From assembly GCA_012514745.1 (NCBI GenBank), contig JAAYZR010000020.1, positions 13,293 through 77,292 on the forward strand: a stretch of DNA of 64,000 nucleotides, written 5' to 3'. Every line of letters begins with the position of its first letter. Position 1 is the stretch's first letter. The notes under the pieces were generated by a model. It was not told the DNA's origin. It saw only the letters and a program-made list of their open reading frames with translations, and made no database searches. The translations under genes and the position numbers were made by a program. Of the stretch, positions 36,508 through 44,755 are shown piece after piece. Source of the DNA: Candidatus Undivivens industriae. GTDB taxonomy: Bacteria > Omnitrophota > Gorgyraeia > Gygaellales > Profunditerraquicolaceae.

Positions 36508-36993
36508 TCATTCCCTATATCTAAATCTCGGGAAAAATCTTCCCGTTTTTCTCTGATATTCAATATATGCCTCTCCAAACCTGTTGACCATCATTCTTTC
36601 TTCGTATCTTACGATGTAATGAGATACCGGATGCAAAAGCACTGCCCACAAAACAAAAATGCAGCTATTGAGATAAACAGCCAATCCAAAGTTAAATATC
36701 GATAAAAATGCGGCGTAGAGCGGATGACGGACATATTTAAACGCACCGCTGGTGCATAGCTTATCACCTCTATCAGAGGCGGGTAATGATTTAACGCTCC
36801 AAACGATTACCGCCAGCGTCATCAGGATCGAAATGATAAATATTGAATTAAGAAGGGGCCGACTATTTGATAAGAGCGGAAGATATATTCTTTTGCTAAA
36901 CCAGTTCGCAACGAAAAAAAACACAAGGCTGATCGATAGTCCGGCAGGACCGCTGCCAAAAATTTTACCAAACCTCGTAGATTGCTTGTTCAT
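36508..36993 (-). CDS. Isoprenylcysteine carboxyl methyltransferase (ICMT)/phospholipid methyltransferase family membrane protein
   Basis: Polytopic; RHPLY motif and C-terminal ...EERMMVNRFGEAYIEYQRKTGRF. Confidence 0.65.
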   Translation of the reverse strand: MNKQSTRFGKIFGSGPAGLSISLVFFFVANWFSKRIYLPLLSNSRPLLNSIFIISILMTLAVIVWSVKSLPASDRGDKLCTSGAFKYVRHPLYAAFLSIFNFGLAVYLNSCIFVLWAVLLHPVSHYIVRYEERMMVNRFGEAYIEYQRKTGRFFPRFRYRE

Positions 36994-37088
36994 CGAGGGT
37001 TTCCGGAGAATATAATTTACGGTTTAATATTCCTACCTTTCCATCTTGTTGTATTTTATCACCCAGTTTCGAATAGTTGTCAATATAG

Positions 37089-37160
37089 CTGCCCCGCATG
37101 GACTCGAACCATGATAGTCAGATCCAGAATCTGAAGTCCTACCGATTAGACGACAGGGCA
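37089..37160 (-). tRNA. tRNA-Gln (anticodon CUG)
   Basis: Hand-folded cloverleaf: acceptor UGCCCUG/CGGGGCA (U1:A72, as in bacterial tRNA-Gln), D-stem GUCU/GGAC, anticodon loop UUCUGGA, T-arm CAUGG-UUCGAGU-CCAUG. CCA is not encoded. Confidence 0.85.
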
Positions 37161-37298
37161 ATAATCATATAAATCTTTTAGTAGAAAATGCCGCGCGCGC
37201 CGAAGCATAGCCGCGACAATTCACGGCTTTTTATTTTATTACAGGGCCCCGGTCGTGACAAGTGTAATTTTTCCGCCCGCGCCTCCGGAGAATACCTT

Positions 37299-38636
37299 TT
37301 ATAACTGCTTCACCCAGGCCATCAATCTACGGCTTACGCGTTCTTTGCCAAGATAGTAGATGACCTCGAACAGACCGGGGCCGATGGTCTTACCGGTGAG
37401 CGCCACCCTGACCGGGTGTATCAGCTCTCTCGACTGCAAGCCCAGTTCCACGAGCAGGCCGCGAAAGCATTCTTCGATGGTAACGATGTCAAACGGTTCA
37501 AGCACTTGCAGGCGGTCAGCGAACAATTTGAACTCGCGGGAGAAGTCTCTGGTTAAATGTTTCTCCTTCGCCTGGGGATCAATGGCGAAGTCATCCTTGA
37601 AGAGAAAATCCGCCCAAGCGGGAAAATCCTGAAGCGTGCCCAGCCTGCCCTGAAAGAGTTTGACCACGGAAAGCAGGTAATCTTTGCTGAATTCCGAAAC
37701 ATCGAGCCCTTGTTCTTTAAGGAACGGTTCCAGCGCCGCTGACAGGTCCAGCGTATCGGCGGTCTTGATATACTGGTTATTGATCCAGTTGAGTTTACCC
37801 ATATCGAAAGTGGCCGCGGTCTTGTTGGCGTTCTTGATGTCAAACTTCTTGATCGCGTCCCTTATGCCGATTATCTCCTGGTTCCCTCCGGGCGACCAGC
37901 CCAGCAGAAGCAGGTAGTTCACCAGCGCCTCCGGCAGGTATCCCATGCGGCGATAATCGCTGATGGCGGTAGCGCCGGTACGTTTGGAGAGGCGTCCGCC
38001 GTCGGATCCGAGAATCAACGGCAGGTGTGCGTATTCCGGTACCGAGAAATTCAACGCCTGGTAGAGCAATATCTGTTTCGGCGTGTTCGAAATGTGATCA
38101 TCCCCCCGGATGACGTGGTTGATGTTCATCGCCGCGTCATCCACCACGCAGGCAAAGTTGTAAGTCGGGGTACCGTCGGACTTGATGAGCACCTGGTCCT
38201 TGATCACTCCGGTGTCGAAGGAAATCTCTCCGTGGATCAGATCATTGAAGACGACCTTCTGCTGCGCGACCTTGAATATTATGGCGTCCTGTTTTTTCTC
38301 TATCTCCGTTCCGTCCTCCTCTCCCTCGGCGTTCGTCCCGGACGGGGAAGCCCGGTAAGCTTTGCCTTCCTGAAGGAGCCGTTCGGCGATCTCACGGTAT
38401 ATGTCAAATCGTTTACTCTGATAGTATATTTCATCCCAGTTGAAGCCCATCCAGGAAAGGCTGTCAAGTATCTCTTCGAGATACTCCGGTCTGGAGCGCT
38501 TAACGTCGGTATCCTCTATGCGCAGGATGAACTTCCCTCCCTTGGCGCGCGCGTAAAGCCAGTTGAACAACGCCGTGCGCGAACCTCCAATATGCAAAAA
38601 CCCGGTGGGACTGGGCGCGAACCTTACTCTGACCAT
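37299..38636 (-). CDS. gltX: Glutamyl-tRNA synthetase
   Basis: MVRVRFAPSPTGFLHIGG (HIGH) ... KLSKR; the ATG at 38636 is preceded by AAAGGAAAA. Confidence 0.95.
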   Translation of the reverse strand: MVRVRFAPSPTGFLHIGGSRTALFNWLYARAKGGKFILRIEDTDVKRSRPEYLEEILDSLSWMGFNWDEIYYQSKRFDIYREIAERLLQEGKAYRASPSGTNAEGEEDGTEIEKKQDAIIFKVAQQKVVFNDLIHGEISFDTGVIKDQVLIKSDGTPTYNFACVVDDAAMNINHVIRGDDHISNTPKQILLYQALNFSVPEYAHLPLILGSDGGRLSKRTGATAISDYRRMGYLPEALVNYLLLLGWSPGGNQEIIGIRDAIKKFDIKNANKTAATFDMGKLNWINNQYIKTADTLDLSAALEPFLKEQGLDVSEFSKDYLLSVVKLFQGRLGTLQDFPAWADFLFKDDFAIDPQAKEKHLTRDFSREFKLFADRLQVLEPFDIVTIEECFRGLLVELGLQSRELIHPVRVALTGKTIGPGLFEVIYYLGKERVSRRLMAWVKQL

Positions 38637-38758
38637 CTTCTTTTTCCTTTCTTGACTTAAATCAATTAGACGCACAACGGCTTAAAGGCCGTGGTTTGCT
38701 CATGATTTTAATACTGAGCGGCGCCTGTTTAGCGCCGTCGATAAACCGGGCGTTCCGG

Positions 38759-39310
38759 CTATCTTGCCAAAGCTATGCCTGCAAGCAGCGCTTTCCTGTT
38801 CATCTCCAGCAAGTCACGTTTCTGCTCTTTGATTATCTCAAGTATCTCTTCCACGGAGAACATCTTTTTGACCGCGATATAGGCGCCGAGCGCCACCATA
38901 TTGGCGGCCTTCAGAGAACCGGCGGCCGCGGCCGCGGTCTCTGTGAAAGGATACCCGCGGACATCGATAGCGGTTTGAACCGGAGCCTTTGCCAGCGAGG
39001 AATTATATAACAACAACCCTCCCTGTCTGAGCCGCGGGAGAAATCTTCCGAGAGAAGGCTGGTTCATCACGATCAAGGTATCGGCTTTTTCCACGTAAGG
39101 AGATCCCTGTTCCGACTTGGAGATCACCACCATGCAATTGGCGGTGCCGCCGCGGACTTCGGCTCCGTAAGAAGGCAGCCACGTAACCCGGAGGCCGGCG
39201 CGCATGCCGGCCTCGGCCAACAGTTTCCCCAGAAGCATTATCCCCTGCCCCCCGGAACCGGCGGCGATTATTTTCTCGTCCTGCCCCAATATTTTGGCTG
39301 ATTTAACCAT
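38759..39310 (-). CDS. 2-oxoacid:ferredoxin oxidoreductase, gamma subunit
   Basis: IIAAGSGGQG motif. The start overlaps the beta-subunit stop by 1 nt. Confidence 0.8.
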   Translation of the reverse strand: MVKSAKILGQDEKIIAAGSGGQGIMLLGKLLAEAGMRAGLRVTWLPSYGAEVRGGTANCMVVISKSEQGSPYVEKADTLIVMNQPSLGRFLPRLRQGGLLLYNSSLAKAPVQTAIDVRGYPFTETAAAAAGSLKAANMVALGAYIAVKKMFSVEEILEIIKEQKRDLLEMNRKALLAGIALAR

Positions 39311-40038
39311 TACTTTATCCTGCCTAACGGGAATTCTTTCACCATTGTATCCCTTATCCAGTCCATCGCCGACGCCGGGGACATTCCCCAGTAAGTCGGA
39401 CACGGAGAAAGCAGCTCCACCAGCGAAAAGCCTCCGCCTCTAAGCTGATTGTCGAACGCCAAATGCAGGGCCGCCTTGGCCTTGATTATCTCCTGGGGAC
39501 AGAATAGCCCGCGGCGCTCGACGTATTTCACGCCGGGAAGCATTGCCAGCATTTCGGATATTTTGAGCGGGTAGCCCTGGACTTCCGCTCGTCTGCCGCC
39601 GGGAGTGGTGCTGGTTACCTGGCCCAGCAGAGTGGTCGGAGCCATCTGTCCTCCGGTCATCCCATAGATGGCGTTGTTCACGAATACGACCGTCAGATTC
39701 TCCCCGCGGTTGGCGGCGTGTATAGTCTCGTTGGTCCCGATAGCGGCAAGATCTCCGTCTCCCTGATAAGTGAATACGACCCTGTCCGGGCGGCAGCGTT
39801 TAATCCCGGTGGCGACCGCCAGCGCCCTGCCGTGCGCCGCCTCGCAACAGTCGAAATTCCAGTAATCGTAGGCCACCACAGCGCACCCTACCGGCGCCAC
39901 GGCGATCACCTTTCCCCTCACTCCCAGAAGATCTATCACTTCCGTCACCAGGCGGTGCGCTATGCCGTGCCCGCAGCCCGGGCAGTAGTGGGTCGTGATG
40001 TCGCGTAAAGATTCCGGGCGAGAGAATATCTTTTTCAT
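39310..40038 (-). CDS. 2-oxoacid:ferredoxin oxidoreductase, beta (TPP-binding) subunit
   Basis: CPGCGHG, GDGD...NN TPP-binding motifs; true start MKKIFSRPE. Confidence 0.85.
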   Translation of the reverse strand: MKKIFSRPESLRDITTHYCPGCGHGIAHRLVTEVIDLLGVRGKVIAVAPVGCAVVAYDYWNFDCCEAAHGRALAVATGIKRCRPDRVVFTYQGDGDLAAIGTNETIHAANRGENLTVVFVNNAIYGMTGGQMAPTTLLGQVTSTTPGGRRAEVQGYPLKISEMLAMLPGVKYVERRGLFCPQEIIKAKAALHLAFDNQLRGGGFSLVELLSPCPTYWGMSPASAMDWIRDTMVKEFPLGRIK

Positions 40039-41100
40039 AGTTTGCGCGCCTCCGCGGCTATCACTTCTTCCAGCGGAAAGCCTCCGCCCGCTCTGCCGAT
40101 AAAATTTACTTGGGCCCTTCCGTCGAGCGCCAGCTTCACGTCCTCCAGCATCTGCCCGTAAGACATCTCCGCCACCAGGAAATTGCGCGCCGGAGACGTT
40201 TTCGGCAAAAAGGCCTGTACCGGAAAAGGCCAGAGCGTCACCGGCCTGATCAATCCGACTTTCTTCCCTTCTTTGCGCAGGCGGCGCACCACCGCCGAAC
40301 ATATTCTGGCCATAGTCCCGTAAGCGACCAGCACCAGGTCGGCGTCTTTAAGCATTGTGCCTTCGTAACGAGCCTCTTTTTTCAGCATCACGGCATATTT
40401 CTTCTGCAGGCGCAGATTAAAATCCTCGAGGTCTCCGTCCCTTAGATAAAAAGATTTGACCACATTCGGTTCCCTGCCGGCGCATCCGGTCAACGCCCAC
40501 GGTTTAGAGATGTTCACCGCCTTTTTTGCGGTGAAGGCGGCGGGGACGCGCACGCTGAAAGGTTCCATAACCTGGCCAAGCATCCCGTCTCCCAGAATAA
40601 TGGCCGGAACACGGTATTTGTCGGCCAAAGAAAAGGCGGAGAACATGGTATCGAAGGACTCCTGCACGCGGGAAGGCGCCAGCACCAGACAATGATAATC
40701 GCCGTGGCCTCCGCCTTTGGTCGCCTGGAAATAATCCGATTGCGAAGGCAGGATATTACCCAGCCCGGGCCCGCCTCGCATCATGTTCACGATCACCGCC
40801 GGGAGTTCCGCGCCGGCCAGATAAGATATCCCCTCCTGCTTCAGACTTATTCCCGGGCTGGAAGAGGAAGTCATCGCCCTGATCCCGCTTGCGGCCGCGC
40901 CCATGACCATGTTGATCGCCGCGATCTCCGATTCCGCCTGGATGAAGACGCCTCCGGCCTCCGGCATGCGCCTGGCCATGTAAGCGGTCAGTTCGTTCTG
41001 CGGGGTGATCGGGTATCCGGCGTAGAAACGGCAGCCTGCCTGTATGGCTCCCTCAGCGATCGCTTCATTTCCGCTCAGCAGAATTTTCTTTTCCTTGTTC
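40035..41100 (-). CDS. 2-oxoacid:ferredoxin oxidoreductase, alpha subunit
   Basis: LSGNEAIAEGAIQAGCRFYAGYPITP; likely GTG start at 41100 preceded by GAGGTG. Confidence 0.85.
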
Positions 41101-41305
41101 ACTTTTGCACCTCTATACAGCATTCCGGACAGACCAGGGCGCAGAAACAGCACCCTCCGCAGATATTCGTATCTTCGTCAAACTCCACATACACGGCGCC
41201 CAGCGCGTTCAGCTTTCCGGATTTCTTCAGCAGCCCCTTATGGCAAAATTTAATGCACAACCCGCAGCCTTTGCACTTCTCCGCGTCTATGACCGGTTTA
41301 GCCAT
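41099..41305 (-). CDS. 2-oxoacid:ferredoxin oxidoreductase, delta subunit (2x[4Fe-4S] ferredoxin)
   Basis: 68 aa with CKGCGLCIKFC and CGGCCFCALVCP. Confidence 0.8.
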   Translation of the reverse strand: MAKPVIDAEKCKGCGLCIKFCHKGLLKKSGKLNALGAVYVEFDEDTNICGGCCFCALVCPECCIEVQK

Positions 41306-41307
41306 CC

Positions 41308-43179
41308 CTATCTCCTCACTTCCACGGCTATCCTGCCGGCGATTCCAGCGGCATCCAGACCGTACCGTTCCAATAATTCCCGCCTCTTGGCGCAGGGAGG
41401 AAATTCCTCCGGCACTCCGAGTTTGATCACCGGCACTCCCAGGATTTCTTCCACCGCCGAGCCGAATCCGCCCTCGACGATACCTTCTTCCACCGTAAAG
41501 ACCGTTTTTCCCCGCGCCGCGATTTCTTTTATCAAGCCGTTGTCCAGCGGCTTGACGAACCTGGCGTTGACCACGTTTCCGGATAAACCTTTTTCTTCCA
41601 GCATGGCCGCGGCTTCCTCAGCGGCCGACACGGCGCCGCCCAGGGCAAATATCGTGAAATCATTTCCTTCTTTCAAAACTTCCGCCCCGGAGAGCTTCAC
41701 CGGAACGGCCATCCCGCCCGTCAGCCTGCGGCGCAGTAAACAAGAAGCCGTCTTGGGATACCTCAGCGAAACCGGCCCTTTCAACGACAACGAAAACTCC
41801 AACATCATCTCCAGGTCGTGCGCGTCCGCAGGGGCCATTATCGTCATATTAGGGATGTGGCGAAGAAAACTTATGTCGAAAATCCCCTGGTGCGTAGGCC
41901 CGTCGTCGCCGACGAGCCCCGCCCGGTCGAGAGCGAAGATTACGTGCAGTCCCTGTAAAGCCACACACTCTATTATCTGATCATACGCCCTCTGTAAAAA
42001 AGTGGAGTATATCGCCGCCACCGGGATCAACCCTTGCCTGGCCAGGCCGGCGGCGAAGCAAACAGCGTGTTCCTCCGCTATTCCGACATCGAAGAACCTT
42101 TGCGGATACTTATCCCGGAAGGCGCCCAAACCGGTGCCCTCGGCCATAGCCGCGGTTATCGCCGTCAGCCTTTTCTCCCGAGCGGCGAGATCGACTATTT
42201 TCCGCCCGAAAACCGAAGTGTAGGTAGCTGCCGAGAGCGGCGCCGGCTCCTGTTTTTTGCCGGCGGACAGATCGAACGGCCCCGTGCTGTGAAAACGCAC
42301 AGGGTCTTTCTCCGCGGGGACAAACCCCTTCCCTTTCTTAGTAATCACGTGCATGAACAAAGGGCCCTTGACCGCGAGTATCTTCTTCATCGCCGGGATC
42401 AGCTGGGCGAGATTGTTGCCGTCGAAAGGGCCGAAATACCGAAAACCCAGTTCCTCGAAAAAAACACCGGGGATAAAAAGGCCTTTTAACCCTTCCTCGA
42501 ATTTGTTGGCCAGCTTGAGAAGTCTTTTGCCTCGCGGCACACGGGAATTAAGAAAAGACTCCAGCGAGCTGCGAAAACGGTTGTAAACCGGCAGAGAGAT
42601 TATCTTGTTGATATAAGTGCTCACCGACCCCACGTTGGGAGCTATGCTCATTTCATTGGTATTCAACACCACCAGCAGGTCTTTTTTCAGGTGACCGGCG
42701 TTATTTAACCCCTCGAAACAGAGTCCGCCGCTCAAAGAGCCGTCGCCGATCACCGCGGCGGCCTTGAATTTCTTTTCCCCTGCTTCGAGATCCCCGGCGC
42801 AGGCGAGGCCGAGGGCCAGGGATACCGCGGTCGAGCTGTGCCCGGTGGTAAAAAGATCGTATTCCGATTCCTCTTTGCAGGGGAAGCCGCTCAGGCCGCC
42901 GTATTTACGCAGCCCGGCGAATCCGGCATTCCTGCCGGTTATGATTTTATGGGCGTAGGTCTGGTGGCCGACATCCCAGACGATCTTGTCCCGCGGGGTG
43001 TCGAGGCAGTAGTGTAGGGCGATCGCGAGTTCCACGGCCCCGAGGCTGGAAGCCAAATGTCCGCCGTTTACGGAGACTACCTCCAGTATACGGCGGCGTA
43101 TTTCACCGGCGAGTTCCGGCAACTTGTCCATGGGCAGCCCGCGCAGGTCGGCGGGAGAATTAACACGTTCCAGCAGCAT
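41308..43179 (-). CDS. dxs: 1-deoxy-D-xylulose-5-phosphate synthase
   Basis: 623 aa; GGHLASSLG, DVGHQTYAHKI, GDG motifs. Confidence 0.95.
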   Translation of the reverse strand: MLLERVNSPADLRGLPMDKLPELAGEIRRRILEVVSVNGGHLASSLGAVELAIALHYCLDTPRDKIVWDVGHQTYAHKIITGRNAGFAGLRKYGGLSGFPCKEESEYDLFTTGHSSTAVSLALGLACAGDLEAGEKKFKAAAVIGDGSLSGGLCFEGLNNAGHLKKDLLVVLNTNEMSIAPNVGSVSTYINKIISLPVYNRFRSSLESFLNSRVPRGKRLLKLANKFEEGLKGLFIPGVFFEELGFRYFGPFDGNNLAQLIPAMKKILAVKGPLFMHVITKKGKGFVPAEKDPVRFHSTGPFDLSAGKKQEPAPLSAATYTSVFGRKIVDLAAREKRLTAITAAMAEGTGLGAFRDKYPQRFFDVGIAEEHAVCFAAGLARQGLIPVAAIYSTFLQRAYDQIIECVALQGLHVIFALDRAGLVGDDGPTHQGIFDISFLRHIPNMTIMAPADAHDLEMMLEFSLSLKGPVSLRYPKTASCLLRRRLTGGMAVPVKLSGAEVLKEGNDFTIFALGGAVSAAEEAAAMLEEKGLSGNVVNARFVKPLDNGLIKEIAARGKTVFTVEEGIVEGGFGSAVEEILGVPVIKLGVPEEFPPCAKRRELLERYGLDAAGIAGRIAVEVRR

Positions 43180-43418
43180 TATTCCTCTTCATCCTTCCCG
43201 TCCTCAAAGGGCTTAAGGTCGAAATCGCCTTTCCTGTTCTTCGAGAGGACTTCTATCTTCTTGCGCGCGCTTTCCAGACGCGAAGAACAGGCGCGCGATA
43301 ATTCTATTCCTTCCTGGTATTTCTTAAGCGCCTCGTCCAAAGTCAATTCGCCCTTTTCCAGGTCTTCGACTATCTTTTCCAGTTTTTTCAACGCCTCTTC
43401 GAATTTAATCTCCGCCAT
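43179..43418 (-). CDS. xseB: Exodeoxyribonuclease VII small subunit
   Basis: 79 aa; FEEALKKLEKIVEDLEKGELTLDEAL. Confidence 0.85.
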   Translation of the reverse strand: MAEIKFEEALKKLEKIVEDLEKGELTLDEALKKYQEGIELSRACSSRLESARKKIEVLSKNRKGDFDLKPFEDGKDEEE

Positions 43419-44751
43419 TTCCGCGCACCTCCGTTACCTGACCGGTTATTTCGCCGTCGTGTAATTTTATCCTTATCTCCTCTCCGGCGGAAACATCCCC
43501 CGCGTTCCTGATCACCCCGCCTGCGGCGGAAAAAGTGATGCTATACCCCCTGGAAAGGACTTTTAAAGGGCTCAATCCGTTAAGATTGGCGGCGGCCGAC
43601 CTCAAAACCGCGGTTTTGATCTGCACTAAATGCGCCCAGGCCGTTGAAGCCCTGCCGGACAGTTCGGAAACTCTCCGGCGGAACTGCTCAAGCATAGCCT
43701 TCGGATTCAACAGCCGCAGTTTCTTGGCGGCGGAGTCCATGCGGCTTGCGCCGATCTCCAGGTAATGCGCCGCGCTCATCTGCATGCGGTGCGCCAGAGC
43801 ATCCAGATCTTCCCTCGATGAACGCGTAAAATCCTGCAATCCCGCCCGCAGAGAAGCTGTAAGCCGGGAAAGTTTCTGTCTCAACTCTTCTTTGTCCGGG
43901 ACTACCAGTTCCGCGGCCGCCGAAGGAGTCGGCGCCCGCAGGTCCGCCGCCAGATCACAGAGGGTCCAGTCTCGCTCGTGCCCCACGGCCGAGATCACCG
44001 GGATCTCCGAATCATAAACCGCCCTCGCCACCGGCTCTTCGTTGAAAGCCCAGAGATCCTCGATACTGCCGCCGCCGCGCCCGACAATTAAAACCTCTAC
44101 GCGCTCATTTTTCCGCGCGCGCGCGTTGTAAACGTTAAACTCCCTGACCGCGGAAGCGATCTCTCCGGCCGCCCCTTCTCCCTGCACCTTGACCGGATAC
44201 AAAATCATATGCATCCCGCTGAAACGCCCGGCCGCCACCTTCAAGATATCTTTAAAGGCGGCGCCGGAGGCGGAAGTGACGACGCCGATGCGAGACGGCA
44301 AATAAGGGATCTTACGCTTATGCTCCGAAGCAAAAAGCCCCTCCTTCTCCAGTCTCTTTTTCAACTGCTCCAGGGCCAGCTGCAGGCTTCCGAGCCCTTT
44401 AGGCTCCAGGCTGCGCACGTAAAGCTGATAGCGGCCGTCCCTCTCATAAACGCTGACGCCTCCGCGGCAAATCAGCTTGTCGCCGTCTTTCAACTCGAAC
44501 TTTATGCCGCGCGCCGTCTGCGGAAAAATGACGCATTTCAACAGGCCGGAGGCGTCCTTCAAATTAAAGAATACGGTGCCTGTGGCTATCCTCGTCGCCC
44601 CGGAAACCTCCCCTTCCACCCACACATCCGGAAACCCCGCCTCCATCAGTTCCTTTATCCGGCGGTTGACCTCCGAGACGGTAAAAATCTTCCGTCCATC
44701 TTCCGGGCGCCCGGTAAAAAAATCGTCTTCATCTTCCGGAAAGTTCTTCAT
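43405..44751 (-). CDS. xseA: Exodeoxyribonuclease VII large subunit
   Basis: OB-fold N-terminus (FTVSEVNRRIKEL...VWVEGEVS) and catalytic core. The track ORF extends to 44802; the ATG at 44751 avoids overlap with the upstream gene. Confidence 0.85.
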   Translation of the reverse strand: MKNFPEDEDDFFTGRPEDGRKIFTVSEVNRRIKELMEAGFPDVWVEGEVSGATRIATGTVFFNLKDASGLLKCVIFPQTARGIKFELKDGDKLICRGGVSVYERDGRYQLYVRSLEPKGLGSLQLALEQLKKRLEKEGLFASEHKRKIPYLPSRIGVVTSASGAAFKDILKVAAGRFSGMHMILYPVKVQGEGAAGEIASAVREFNVYNARARKNERVEVLIVGRGGGSIEDLWAFNEEPVARAVYDSEIPVISAVGHERDWTLCDLAADLRAPTPSAAAELVVPDKEELRQKLSRLTASLRAGLQDFTRSSREDLDALAHRMQMSAAHYLEIGASRMDSAAKKLRLLNPKAMLEQFRRRVSELSGRASTAWAHLVQIKTAVLRSAAANLNGLSPLKVLSRGYSITFSAAGGVIRNAGDVSAGEEIRIKLHDGEITGQVTEVRGNGGD

Positions 44752-44755
44752 CCGT

